Below are positions 47,701 to 57,100 of a stretch of 64,000 nucleotides of DNA, one piece after another. The stretch comes from a virus. Numbering within the stretch: position 1 is the stretch's first letter; the number at the start of each line of letters is the position of its first letter. The notes below the pieces were generated by a model, which did no database searches, was not told where the DNA came from, and was given only the letters and a program-made list of their open reading frames with translations. The position numbers and the translations under genes were made by a program. The DNA lies in the IMG/VR virus record IMGVR_UViG_3300045988_176106. The stretch is one strand, 5' to 3'.

Positions 47701-47836
47701 TGAATTAAGTCCTATAGAACTTCAGGTTAGAAACCTTAAAACCACATGGGAGAATTTAGCTAAAGTGTGGGGAGCTACAAAAGATACAAGTGCATCAACA
47801 AAAGCCAGAATATTATATTCAATAGCGACTGACTAA
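41780..47836 (+). CDS. Giant baseplate hub fusion (2018 aa): unknown N-terminal region + M23 peptidase + lytic-transglycosylase-like domain + gpD/gp27-like hub + C-terminal transmembrane cluster
   Basis: AGGA 8 nt upstream of the ATG. The domain motifs are listed in the three sub-features below. The hub-type ending reads ISGNPDVAPGDYAYISD...MSGVMKCREVQHILTEDDGYITIITPG. Confidence 0.85.
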   Translation: MSRFTFSINGILDIEPVSVDKVNKFYTTQNEFLRDTSVLTSKSRFAESLHLATFAFDLSKSDSVEEMCDLISICRSFPYMFIRCEAMGTSDLSMLGLSIGDGYFMYALHEYEIELGASDNMQGMAFVSLRLQTINWKPLAKTIKFISINQQSESENNSKSISSKSKKSGKYKTEYELNPGDSNLMKKLVDFYRRDVDNYKTQIINQGYNRDFDLYLGYPIVFTDAVKLHRELHDLCWGEARTFRILKKVDLAGTDAKDGQQTNANISEVKSDEEVRFDETGRINVGWKRELIGGTNSTKNKDNVAIQSINIRRRNRFANQTIQDFSYPYCQYLGHSPTEINISTVTNHEEGMDAASAAMAIDRVDEFTKNIRVTYPALKGLDVIAIENPIVNAMGVKYVIIDSSQSSTTGNMNNIITNNYSFVESDSTDFLENSKFVKASSKEAYNDILAQAETIKDLLAMANIESKKGANTSSLKDVLDKINKPIIKAIDEYKVYIDSAVKKADDPTADIGLFLEPMLRSKKYKNMTDTEKSTMFIKEYLKAIKSHSATQSEERVLRERLRSFEQAVTRAYKDALGSSFNKYTIDALSKDLEKEKEYYKTHKSSTSFSGEAIPDMKYKEIFHDMPKTEEYSSYRDLPSLPFVYDQQIFDGEKIMAKWEQSSPLIDEILEDTNSMVNGPGSSTDRTNNFTKVNAVASSGTINPDGTVSAGSVDSVNGQLDAKTLKGAQLGVHGASGIWLKDLSSIMKYVRISSPFGMRRGGFHHGIDLAGPTGTPIYAAAAGKVTVASNRGRGGNSVYIQHSGGITTWYMHLSAFAVKPGQPVIAGQLIGFCGSTGHSTGPHLHYQVNINGKPVDPAAFHNSINGVARQSNQQNITPPDSIKKKSWLENLGASIAGTNGQSAIGLGITPAGSDKQKAKDGLALPKESAAMQSAVANGYQPFTDYNSYNLGKSGDLKGVAAASSAGFTSQKGTSLINSTLLRDYAGSIAAIESRGRLNPTGNESYLGMYQIGLDGLMDIGWIRKTAPRHKSSLYNDAYWTIPGGYKAFISSRELQDQAFVLYTQKNIDYLSAKPGWNKLTFQDKVLALAMSHNGGHSAGWKALQGKDSYDGNRTSRQQYGRVAMSLSAAVAKGTAGVGMFSRDAAGYTSNYYDNVAVQRNNESVEFNTDPTPWDPELQGKARISNMVKDYTWGLEKLIPTYKVYLVHGNNENTLFKLINTSVEAVYYEISTVRNIRVEMANQDNPVAVAYFEVLNSLNTSTDPTTGYNTADKLGNTKLDITSLGSDFANVVAMDQIRLKAGNKVQIRMGYGNKIDDLPVIFNGLITETDGGDVVRVVAEGYGRELQNELIFAGDVLPFTTFASDTSGRYISAAIARIVKNARLQHFGANPKILGEDVDTNSTGTAAQGVSGQSGFSLSNSLWNSESGEFFFYDFKGPTDHLENFWLMNVDMVDRFFVTEWNDLFPFSLNDYFVNFPVLNKTVWDVITTGRRLFPSSVSLVKNIGARCTLFTGIKEQLMVGYETTHSVASEVFSNINGGLLDKEEQHAQEVEEVANATNIKGSLGIPVNTTNGIKKRQKETTAKFEVLRDNPGQVADAVSSVMDSRTIDPTAWVPATNFHMFSSATNIISNQLRLNQDIITQANVEYGSDPGDFGTGKNKMFDMKSNGGLMPAFVKSSYLSDSTLNTEGMAIKTGQGYLLEELEKMYTGSVIISGNPDVAPGDYAYISDSLRQMSGVMKCREVQHILTEDDGYITIITPGMFVEPATHLYSSLYIKLGMFYSMLAQGQREYALVSVNSSPTGEMYSKLSIAPTNIGFWSVGWATAGSLASVAASGMLLKTAATRISAALWGPITGHIASGWARFSKVNFIVRGLSSMKGALGGVWARIVTAGRTISTAINAVRTVGIVSSIGSGGLIMAAGITIIVAAVVIAVWGILKNVWEANKERITMRHRALMKMPLTVYGQEYTAGLLGWNDELSPIELQVRNLKTTWENLAKVWGATKDTSASTKARILYSIATD
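44030..44347 (+). other. M23 (LytM-type) metallopeptidase domain
   Basis: SSPFGMRRGGFHHGIDLAGPTGTPIYAAAAGKV...YMHLS...GSTGHSTGPHLHYQVNINGKPVDP, containing the HxxxD and HxH zinc ligand motifs. Confidence 0.85.
44714..45076 (+). other. Lysozyme-like / soluble lytic transglycosylase-like domain
   Basis: GSIAAIESRGRLNPTGNESYLGMYQIG...AFVLYTQKNIDYL...ALAMSHNGG: an E-S catalytic-type motif followed by G-x-x-Q. Confidence 0.6.
45362..47066 (+). other. gpD (P2) / gp44 (Mu) / gp27 (T4)-like baseplate hub region
   Basis: NKVQIRMGYGNKIDDLPVIFNGLITETDGGDVVRVVAEGYGREL plus the family-typical C-terminal pattern G-x-P-x-(V/L)-x-P-G-D ... V-x-H ... GY-x-T. Confidence 0.6.
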
Positions 47837-47837
47837 T

Positions 47838-48506
47838 ATGAGTAATACATTAGCTTCAATGGCATACTCAGAGATCGGAGAGATACAATCAGTATCTCTC
47901 CAAGGATCTCAAATATTTGTTGTTGTAAGATTAGTTGGAGAGACTCTATCAGACATGATGGGTAATCCTGTGCAGTGCGGACAATACCTTGTTGGTATAC
48001 CTAAGGGCGCACCAGAGCATACTGCTACAATGGCTGAACTTTTAATACCAATAAATATTACGTATGCTACACAAATATCAGACCCTAAATTTCTTATAGG
48101 GGCGAGAGTTCAAGTATTCTTCACAAAAGAAGGATTTCCTACTGGCTGTATATTAATGGCAAATTCAGATTCAAGAATTATATCTAGAAGAGCCATGTTT
48201 GATTACAGACTTTCAAACAAAGACAAGATATTCGATTCAAAATTAAAAGACAAATTAAAGAATCGCGGTATTCTTGAAAATTTCACAAAACTATCAAATG
48301 AAGTATATGACACAACATTCCATAAAGGATTCGTAGGTACATACGGCGAATCTCAAAATATGTTTATAGCAACAGCATCAGATATGGAGGATATAGTAAA
48401 CTTTGAAGAAAAAGTTGATCCAAATGTTGTAAGAACTGATAGTTATAAAACAATAAGAACAAAAGAATGTTATATGCCAACAACTGTTTTTACAGGTAAA
48501 ACATAA
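47838..48506 (+). CDS. Baseplate central spike protein (gpV / Mu gp45-like OB-fold)
   Basis: 222 aa, directly after the hub. EIGEIQSVSLQGSQIFVVVRLVGE and GARVQVFFTKEGFPTGCILMANSD fit the gpV pattern (G-x-V ... rV-x-V ... G-x-x-V-x-V-x-F ... G-x-(I/V)-L). Confidence 0.6.
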   Translation: MSNTLASMAYSEIGEIQSVSLQGSQIFVVVRLVGETLSDMMGNPVQCGQYLVGIPKGAPEHTATMAELLIPINITYATQISDPKFLIGARVQVFFTKEGFPTGCILMANSDSRIISRRAMFDYRLSNKDKIFDSKLKDKLKNRGILENFTKLSNEVYDTTFHKGFVGTYGESQNMFIATASDMEDIVNFEEKVDPNVVRTDSYKTIRTKECYMPTTVFTGKT

Positions 48507-48826
48507 TGTTAATAAGACCATCTCCAGACAGTACAACACTAATAGATATAAGAGAAGATGTTACATCTATGTCATCTGGTAGTATGTCTATATCTACACA
48601 CAAAGATTATGGAGTTTTTGTAAACGGGCCAATGTCTGTATCATCACCACCAACATCAGTAGTGTTTGGAGGATTCTATAAATTTAATCCTGTTGCAGTG
48701 TCAGGTATTCCATCAACAATGATTACACCTGTGCCAACATTTGAGATAACAGTTCCTACTAAAAATGTAGGCATACAGTCAGCAATAAATGGTGTAGTTT
48801 TAAGTACAGTTACAGGATTATTCTAA
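48506..48826 (+). CDS. Small baseplate-region protein, unknown function
   Basis: 106 aa; TAATG overlaps on both sides. No PAAR motifs seen. Confidence 0.7.
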   Translation: MLIRPSPDSTTLIDIREDVTSMSSGSMSISTHKDYGVFVNGPMSVSSPPTSVVFGGFYKFNPVAVSGIPSTMITPVPTFEITVPTKNVGIQSAINGVVLSTVTGLF

Positions 48827-49245
48827 TGTTAATAGAAGAAATAAATAAAGATATTATAACCGATGACTATGGTGACGTTATAATGCATAACGGAGACATA
48901 TATACATCATCTAATCAAAATCTTATTGCGCTGACAAATGCCAGACACAGATTAATGTCTGGATCATCAGATATGTACCTGTACAATATTTATGGTGCAA
49001 ATCTTCACAAATTTATAGGAAGACCGGTAACTGATTCTTTAGCTAGAGAAATTGTTAATAGTATTAAAAATTCTTTTACAGAAGATAAATTCTTTTCTGG
49101 CGATAACTTCCAAATAAACTATGTACTTGATGGACAAAAAATATTATTTAAGATTGCAGTAGGAACAGATTATCAATTTACAAGAAATAAACAATCAGAG
49201 GTGAATATAGTATTTTCACCTGTAACCGGAGTTTCTTATGTATGA
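48826..49245 (+). CDS. Baseplate wedge protein, gpW / gp25-like
   Basis: 139 aa. NLIALTNARHRLMSGSSDMYLYNIYGANLHKFIGRPV fits the gp25/W signature shape (L-x-T/S ... YG-x-x-L ... G-x-P). Positioned between the spike and the J-like gene. Confidence 0.55.
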   Translation: MLIEEINKDIITDDYGDVIMHNGDIYTSSNQNLIALTNARHRLMSGSSDMYLYNIYGANLHKFIGRPVTDSLAREIVNSIKNSFTEDKFFSGDNFQINYVLDGQKILFKIAVGTDYQFTRNKQSEVNIVFSPVTGVSYV

Positions 49246-50392
49246 TCAATTAACTAATAAAGAGTTAATGACTCAAGAAATATCTGCGCGAATTAGTGAG
49301 AATACCGGTATTAACAATACCTCTAAATCCACTGTAGTAAGACATATTACAGACGCAATAACAGATACAGCAGTAAATCTTGTTGCATATTCCAATGCGG
49401 CAATAAATTCTACACATACACAATATGCTTCTGGTGATCTATTGACAAAGAATGCATATGAATTTGGTGTAGTAAGGAATATATACTCTGATGTATACAT
49501 TTCTAAAGATGATGCAATAGTTAATTTAGTAATGAGTGATGGATCAAAATTCCCTAAATATATGGATGGGAAAATAATAATAGAAGCTGGTAAAGTCTTC
49601 TTATTTGGTAGTGGTACATCAATAGAGGTTACTGAAAATGTATATGCATCTCATAATGAAACATCTATACCTATTCCAGCAAGAATAACTACATCCGATT
49701 CAACCGATATAAAGACCGGAACAAAAATAGATATATCAGATGATTCTAATCCAGTAACGATTGGTACATCTATATCTATAGACAGTAGTGTTTATACAAA
49801 TCTTTCTGAAGAGTCAGATGATAGTCTTAGAAGAAGAACAGTGTATTCTAAGATGCGAGTACACGGATCATCAGATTATTCTATAAGAGGAATATTATCA
49901 GGTATACCTACTGTTAGGTCTAGCAAAATAGTAAGAAAGCCTAATGATAGTAAAACATATATCTATATAACAACAGATAATTATCTTAAAAACTTTATAG
50001 ATGAGAATTATTCATTTATAAAATCTAAGATAGTGTCTGAGATGGATTACTTATCATCATCTGAACAGTCATTTGATGTGTTGATGCCAGAGGTATTATT
50101 ATTAGACGTATATTTTAAATATAAGAATACAACATCAAATATGGCAATGTCGGCCATTAATGAGTCTTTTAATTCTATATACACTCCTCTAATAACAGGT
50201 AATATAAATTTTGAAGATCTAGTTAAAGAAGTTAATACATACGGATTAGATATAACAATAGAGCATATTATAATACGGTCAGATATATATGGCACAATTG
50301 CAGATATATCATCTGGAGATTTTGCTGTACCAGATACAGCAATATGTGCATTAAGTCAGGCTACATCTATAGGTTTAGAAGAATCGGAATAA
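49238..50392 (+). CDS. Baseplate J-like (gp6/gpJ family) wedge protein
   Basis: 384 aa. NAAINSTHTQYASGDLLTKNAYEFGVVRN resembles the Baseplate_J A-x-G-x-x-L-D ... G-(V/L)-x-R motif. Synteny is W-like then J-like. Confidence 0.55.
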   Translation: MYDQLTNKELMTQEISARISENTGINNTSKSTVVRHITDAITDTAVNLVAYSNAAINSTHTQYASGDLLTKNAYEFGVVRNIYSDVYISKDDAIVNLVMSDGSKFPKYMDGKIIIEAGKVFLFGSGTSIEVTENVYASHNETSIPIPARITTSDSTDIKTGTKIDISDDSNPVTIGTSISIDSSVYTNLSEESDDSLRRRTVYSKMRVHGSSDYSIRGILSGIPTVRSSKIVRKPNDSKTYIYITTDNYLKNFIDENYSFIKSKIVSEMDYLSSSEQSFDVLMPEVLLLDVYFKYKNTTSNMAMSAINESFNSIYTPLITGNINFEDLVKEVNTYGLDITIEHIIIRSDIYGTIADISSGDFAVPDTAICALSQATSIGLEESE

Positions 50393-50393
50393 T

Positions 50394-51824
50394 ATGATCA
50401 AGCAAAATAACTCAATAAATATATTGACTAAATACTTTGCTCAATGGTCTGCACCATTCAATAATAATTTCTCTAATATATCAAAGTTACTATTACCATA
50501 TTCTGATATAGTAAATTCAAATATAGACAAGGTTGTAAACCTTGTCTTACAAAGATATAGAAATAATGATTTAGAGTGCTATAATAATATTTATAGACTT
50601 CCATCATTTGGCAAATATAAGTCAATAAAAGCTGAAACACACAGAATAAAACATTTAGACGGCAGAGTTGAATTAATCGGTAAAAGAGATATAGATTATG
50701 CCGGATCGTTCACATCAAATTTCTTTACACAATTCCCAATAACAGGATTCGAGTTAACAGAAATACCATTATCATTAAATAAAAATTATTTTAATGAAGA
50801 GTTATTTCCTGGTACAAAAATATTTGATAAAAAGTTATCAACAGACTGCACATTGTATATATCTCCGGTAGGACAAAATCAATCAGTATTTAATGTTGTA
50901 ATAATGGGATCTGACTCTAAAGGCGAGACCATAATAGAGACATTAAAGATTAATAAAGAATCCTCTTCAGAAACGTTCTATAAGTACAGTTATATCTATA
51001 AAATAGAAACACCAAATAGCATCACAATATCAGACAGACTAGATTTATCAAAATACCATTCTATTGATTCCGATGTAATACCACCAAAAAGAATAACAAA
51101 TAAGTATGGAGACTTTATATCTCCTTATTTAGAATACAATGATTCATCAATAATAATATATGATCAAACCGGTATAGTTAGAAGTGAAGAAATAAGGTTT
51201 GACACAGAATCAAATCTTAAATCAATATATTTAACTAACTCTTCTGATATAATTTCACTAGATGAGGCTGGATGGATTAATACATATAAACCATATCCTA
51301 TGTATGACCTTATAAATGCTAATGGCAGTTTAAACAATAATCCGTTTATATTTGTAGAAGAAGAAGAGAGTAAAATTGGATATAATGTAAGATGCAGAAT
51401 TTTTGCTCACGATATAGCAAAAAGATATAGAAGCGATAAAATTAAAATAACATTATATAATGGCGACGATGTATTTTATCTAAATAAATTTGGACAATTA
51501 TCAAATGATGAAAATACATGGATAAGCTCTGTATCATCTGCAGATATAATAAATTTATCCGTTCAATGCACAAACACTATGCCATATATCTTCTCGGTTA
51601 CAACACTGGATAATAAAGTGTTTTACGCTGCATCATATCAGGACGCATCCAATAATATGATGTTGATGGGCGGTATAACAAACATGTTTGTATTCAATAG
51701 AGAATTATGCTTTGAAATTGATAATAAGTTTTATACTGCTAAGCCAATAAGACATATATGGATGCAATATGATGATAATGAGATAGTTTTAGATTCAGAT
51801 TATAAGAGTATAGAGTTGACATGA
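50394..51824 (+). CDS. Baseplate/fibre-attachment protein (gpI position), hypothetical
   Basis: 476-aa ORF following the J-like gene. No motif recognised. Confidence 0.75.
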   Translation: MIKQNNSINILTKYFAQWSAPFNNNFSNISKLLLPYSDIVNSNIDKVVNLVLQRYRNNDLECYNNIYRLPSFGKYKSIKAETHRIKHLDGRVELIGKRDIDYAGSFTSNFFTQFPITGFELTEIPLSLNKNYFNEELFPGTKIFDKKLSTDCTLYISPVGQNQSVFNVVIMGSDSKGETIIETLKINKESSSETFYKYSYIYKIETPNSITISDRLDLSKYHSIDSDVIPPKRITNKYGDFISPYLEYNDSSIIIYDQTGIVRSEEIRFDTESNLKSIYLTNSSDIISLDEAGWINTYKPYPMYDLINANGSLNNNPFIFVEEEESKIGYNVRCRIFAHDIAKRYRSDKIKITLYNGDDVFYLNKFGQLSNDENTWISSVSSADIINLSVQCTNTMPYIFSVTTLDNKVFYAASYQDASNNMMLMGGITNMFVFNRELCFEIDNKFYTAKPIRHIWMQYDDNEIVLDSDYKSIELT

Positions 51825-52447
51825 TTAAACTTAGGGAATATAACATAAACCCATTTAAAAGAAGCGAGAGATATACTTCTTATAGTGATAATATAGGAGA
51901 AAAGTATCCAGCACTGTTAATAGAAAACTTTGCAGGATACATCTCTGTATATGATGGGGAGATAATTGTAGACGGAGAAAGTTTTCAATTATCTAATAAG
52001 AAAATAGGCGATGTATATAAACATTTGAAAGAGAAAGGCATTAGCGTAAAAGTTTATAAAGGTATGGAACATATACCAGCTATAATGCTGATAAATTCAT
52101 CAAATATAGATATAGTAACATCAACTATAGACAGGTCTCCTTTTGACATATATTTAAATAAATCAAAAAATCTTATCTCGATGATTCCATACTCTTATAA
52201 AGATGACGTTAAGATAGAACCAATTGATAATCATACAATTATAAATGGGAAAATAATAACAGACTCATCAAGGAATGGTGATGATATAAGTTTTAGGCAT
52301 CATGCTAAAAACTTTATTTTAAATATGTCAGATATAAATATAATAAGAGATATAGATTCTATATACAGTATCCCTCAAGTAAAGCAGTCTGTTATAGACT
52401 GGAACAGAATGGTAAAAGGTGAATCAAATGCCAACTATACAATATAA
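51821..52447 (+). CDS. Hypothetical baseplate/fibre module protein
   Basis: ATGA overlap; 208 aa. Confidence 0.7.
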   Translation: MIKLREYNINPFKRSERYTSYSDNIGEKYPALLIENFAGYISVYDGEIIVDGESFQLSNKKIGDVYKHLKEKGISVKVYKGMEHIPAIMLINSSNIDIVTSTIDRSPFDIYLNKSKNLISMIPYSYKDDVKIEPIDNHTIINGKIITDSSRNGDDISFRHHAKNFILNMSDINIIRDIDSIYSIPQVKQSVIDWNRMVKGESNANYTI

Positions 52448-54164
52448 TATTACTATAAAGGGTACAAACTCTCATATAGTACAGCCGGAGATGGATATAG
52501 GGTTCTCTGAAATACCTTATACAAGATATCTAAAGCTGGCAGAAGATTTATCACAATCTTATCATCATACCAAATTTGGATGGGATAAACGCATAGATGA
52601 AAATGTAATTTATAGAGGATATTGGGTATCTGATAAAACTGTAATATCTAATACAAAAGGTATTTCATTTTTCCCAAAAATAAATAACGGAGAGATAGTA
52701 TTCGAGTTTGGCGATATCATTTATGATTATAGTGTATTTATAAATTCTAGAGACAGAGATAAATCCGGAATATACAAATTATATAAAAGGGGTGCCAGCG
52801 GCCCATATACATATATTGATAATAGTGACATCCCTATGGATGGAGTTTATAGTTATATAACAAATTCATACGCTGTCCCTGATAATAATTTTAAAATGAC
52901 CATAAAGATAGAGAAGCCAATATCTCCTAAGCTTATAGAATCAGGACTTGGTATATACACTCAGGATGAATTAGACTCTGCCGCTACAAGTATATCAACA
53001 CTATATAAAGATGATATAACATCAGATAATATATTGTCATACTCTGAAAAACCTTTTACTAAAAAGATAAAAGGTAAAACTGTATTATATTTAAAATTCT
53101 TCCCTATATACCCTAGTGTATCAGTATTTGATGATTCACTATCTCAGGTTACTATAGAGTCCGTTGACAATAAAAATGGTATAATATATATAGACGGTGA
53201 ATATGACAATCTAAATGTAATATATGGCATACTCCCAGAGCTAAAAATAGAAACTGGGATTGTGATAGATATATCTAAATCAATATCTCCAACAGATGAA
53301 ATAAATTTATTGTCTTTGTCCGAATATGATAATCAAGGGTTTATAATACCTAGTACAATAGATGATATAACCTTTGATGATAATGGTACATCTTATTCTG
53401 AAATGTCATTATCAATACCAGAAGAATATATTGGTTATTCAATATCGTCAGATACTGAAGTAAACATAAATGGGATATCAGCAAGGAATCCTAAATTTTA
53501 TACATCAAATAATGAGCAAGTTTTGTATGCCTCATTGCCAAATGACATAGGTTTACTTATAAATAAAATTGAACCTAAGGATGGCAAGTATGAATTTCCT
53601 GGGTATAAACCTGGTGGCCTATCTAGTATATATGGAATGTTTAAAAATAAGCATAATGGAGATATAAGGTTAGCCCATATATGCTTTACAAAAAAGGTTG
53701 AATCAGAACAACCAACTACTGGTAGTGTAACATTACAAATACAGGAAGATAAGGTTCATAAAATTATACATTTACCATCATGTGCATCTGAGTCGAGTAT
53801 AAGTATAAAAACAGAAGACAATAAAGATGTAGAGTTTAAATTTTATGCTCCTGATTTGGTAGAGATTCCAAAATACAGAGATATACAAACAGGAATAACT
53901 GTAACGTACAATTCTGTAATTCCAAATTCAAAAACTATATACATAAGAGACAAAAAGATAAACGAAGATTCATTATCTAACGTTATTTCAGAATATGGAG
54001 ATGATCTTTTAGGCTTATACGCTCTTTATTCTAGAGAGGTTAACTTAGATGTGTATGGTGTGAATTATAATAAAAATGAAATCCCATTAGGGACAGTAAA
54101 AACAAATATTTTATTTAGCGACAATGCTATAAAAGGTATGTCTGCAGTAATAAAAAATAGCTAG
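52428..54164 (+). CDS. Hypothetical baseplate/fibre module protein
   Basis: I prefer the ATG at 52428 (AAGGTG 7 nt upstream) to the listed GTG at 52419. About 578 aa. Confidence 0.75.
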   Translation: MPTIQYNITIKGTNSHIVQPEMDIGFSEIPYTRYLKLAEDLSQSYHHTKFGWDKRIDENVIYRGYWVSDKTVISNTKGISFFPKINNGEIVFEFGDIIYDYSVFINSRDRDKSGIYKLYKRGASGPYTYIDNSDIPMDGVYSYITNSYAVPDNNFKMTIKIEKPISPKLIESGLGIYTQDELDSAATSISTLYKDDITSDNILSYSEKPFTKKIKGKTVLYLKFFPIYPSVSVFDDSLSQVTIESVDNKNGIIYIDGEYDNLNVIYGILPELKIETGIVIDISKSISPTDEINLLSLSEYDNQGFIIPSTIDDITFDDNGTSYSEMSLSIPEEYIGYSISSDTEVNINGISARNPKFYTSNNEQVLYASLPNDIGLLINKIEPKDGKYEFPGYKPGGLSSIYGMFKNKHNGDIRLAHICFTKKVESEQPTTGSVTLQIQEDKVHKIIHLPSCASESSISIKTEDNKDVEFKFYAPDLVEIPKYRDIQTGITVTYNSVIPNSKTIYIRDKKINEDSLSNVISEYGDDLLGLYALYSREVNLDVYGVNYNKNEIPLGTVKTNILFSDNAIKGMSAVIKNS

Positions 54165-54172
54165 GAAAAATA

Positions 54173-57100
54173 ATGGCAAATTTACATTTAGATAGTGGCG
54201 CCCTTACACCTCAGCATGCTATTGAGGCTATAAACGAGGTATCACTTAATGTTGAAAACCTTAAGAATATAATAGGTGATGTAAATGGGTATGGCACTGG
54301 TATAGGTAATTCTTATAAGACATCTGTATCAGAATCTATAGGTGATTTCTCAAAGGTATCTCCTAATATTCCAGTAGGCGTTGTATTCTCCGACTATACA
54401 GACTCATTTAGCTCTGTGGGCATAAATGACTTCTATCTGACCCTTATTCCTATAGGTGATCTAACCATAAGAACTTCCGACAATAAAACGTATATAAAAG
54501 TGGAAGTAAATGATTTAAAAGAAGATAATCAATATTCTGTAATAGGTAGAAAATTATTATTCTTAAAAAATCCTATTGGAACATTTACCGTAAGTTACAA
54601 AGGTACATATCCTGGTTCTGAATATGGCGCAGGGTTTACACCAAACTGTATACCATCTCCATCTCTTCTTGCTGAAAACAAAATAACTAAACCTTCTGTT
54701 GTTAAAGTTTCAGACAGAGTATATGAGGTTACAGTATCTTCTTCAAATACATATGATAAGACTACATATCAGAAGAATGTAGATTTTGTATTAAAAGATA
54801 AATTTACAAAATTTATCTCTTCAACTGGTGCAATATTGGCTCCTAAAGAAGAAGTTTCAGTATGGAAACTATTCAATGGTGAATACCAGAAGATAGACGA
54901 TGCTAATATATATTTAATGTCTCCAAGTAAATATAGGTTTGAAACATCAATACCTATTAATACCTCAGACACTTTTGTATTGTCTGTTAATAACTGGACT
55001 GTATCAGACTCTCTTGCACTTCTATTTAAGTTTGCATTTAACCATTCTCACAATGGAGAAGAGCTAGGTTCTCAAATTTTACATAGTTCATTATCAGGAC
55101 TAAGAGCCAGCAGATATAATCAAGCTGATAGAAGATATGGTATATCTAATATACAAGGTGATGACCACCCTCAATATTTTAATAGGGAAGGGTATATACA
55201 AAATAATGATGGGAACTTTAATAATGCCATCATAGGTGATGTACTTATAGGGTCATCAGATCCTCATAACTTATATAACAATACTGTAGGAAATTCAAGA
55301 AAAATATATTTCGGAAGTGTATCTGATGCAGTATCATTACTGTATGATTTTGCTTTTAAAGGTTTAAAATTATACGGATCTGAAAATGGTCTAAAAATAG
55401 AGACGCACGCGAATCCCAATAATCCTGATAATTCATATGCAGTAGCGTTAGAACTTGATGGGAATAAGATATATTCAACCGGTGATAAAAACTCGTTACC
55501 AAATACCCTTAATATAGAGTCAAAAAATGGTGTAACTAAATTTGTAAACACAGAGGGTGGACTTAGCAAAATAATTGCTAAAACACTGAATATAAATGAC
55601 ATAGTTGCATCTGGTAATATAAGTATTACTGATCCTAGCTCTACATTAACAATTGGCGGAGTTAAATTTGCAAACTCAGATGGTAATGTAAATGTATCAT
55701 CAGAATCTGGAAATAAAATAACATTTGGTTCAGATGTTGACCTTTCAAATATTAATGTTGAAAACATGACCCCTAAAACAATTAATATCAAAGGCGAAGG
55801 AAAGATATTATTTGGTACACAGGACGGCGCAACATTAACAGAAAAAGACAACTCAATAGTTGTAACATCTAAACTACCAGTAGTGTTTGATGGCAGTGGT
55901 AAAAATACAGGCATTCAAAATAAGAATGCTACATATAATCCATATATGAACATATATACCTCTGCTAAGAATGGCGGATCATCAACACCAACAGACCATG
56001 ACACATATATAGAAGCTGGTAAAGGTGATATTTATTTCCTTAAAGATAGTACAGTCCCTCAGGTTGAAAATGGTATATCATACGGATTCGGAGATTCAAC
56101 ACCAGCAGGGTCTACAAGACTTGATAATTTAACATCATGGCCTAAATCAAATATACATGCATCAGTTGGTAATTTTAAATCTACCACAGTGGCTGTATCA
56201 TCTCTTAGAGAAAGAAGAGGTGTTAACTTCGGTGATGTTGGATCCATATATGTTACCGGTAGTGATACAGAATGTCCTCCAGGATGGATGGTTGTAGAAT
56301 CTAAGAATGGTGTAGTATTTGTTGATGCAAGAAGTGGGGCAATAGACTGTCAGTCTATGACCTATAGCACTATTACAACTGGTGATATAAAGGCATTCGG
56401 CAGCATAACTATAGATGAAAATCTTGGTGTAACAGGAAATACATCTGTTGCCGGAGATATAAGCTCAGAGAATATAAATGTAGTAGGCAAAGGTACATTT
56501 GGCACACTTGATATTAAAGGCACATCAAGATTTACTGGAGACGTATCATTTACAGAGAACGTAGGAATAAACTCCAACTTAAATGTAAACGGAACAATAA
56601 GCAGTAGCAACAGTATAAAAGGTAATGAATTATTCATTAAATCTAGATCTATACTGTCTGGCCCTGTTGATTTATCCGATTCGCTTAAAGTTGGCGGAGT
56701 ATCTTCTTTTGAGGGCGTTATAACAGCCGCCAGTGATTTACGTGTATCTGGGTCAATTAATTCTGCAAATGCAACTATAGAGAGAATATCTGCTTCATCA
56801 CTTAAAACTACAGAAGCAATAGATGCCAGAGGTGGTATAGCTTCATCTGGATTAATATCATCTACAGGCAATATAGAGACAACAAAAGATATTGTTGCGA
56901 ATATTGGTAGATTCTCTTCAAAATTAAGTACATTAGATTTTGATGCGCAAGGTTCTGTATCTATAAGTAAAACACTTACTGTTGAAGAAAAAGCAATATT
57001 TAATGGTCAGGCTGTAATAGGGTCAAAAGAAGCAGATAAACTTACTGTAAATGGTAATGCTATATTCAATAATGGCAAGACATCATTTGTAGGTGCAGTA

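Noticed and set aside
55264-55914. Long minus-strand ORFs embedded in plus-strand genes: 55264-55914 (216 aa), 34058-34591 (177 aa), 23283-23807 (174 aa), 56362-56871 (169 aa), 2279-2758 (159 aa), 40150-40614 (154 aa) and many shorter ones.
   Set aside because: Most lie entirely antisense to long, motif-bearing plus-strand genes; 23283-23807 spans the junction of two. Their products are low-complexity (S/P/F/L/I-rich). They lie in regions whose sense codons are poor in TTA/CTA/TCA, so the antisense frame is trivially open. No convincing ribosome-binding sites or motifs. Treated as shadow ORFs.
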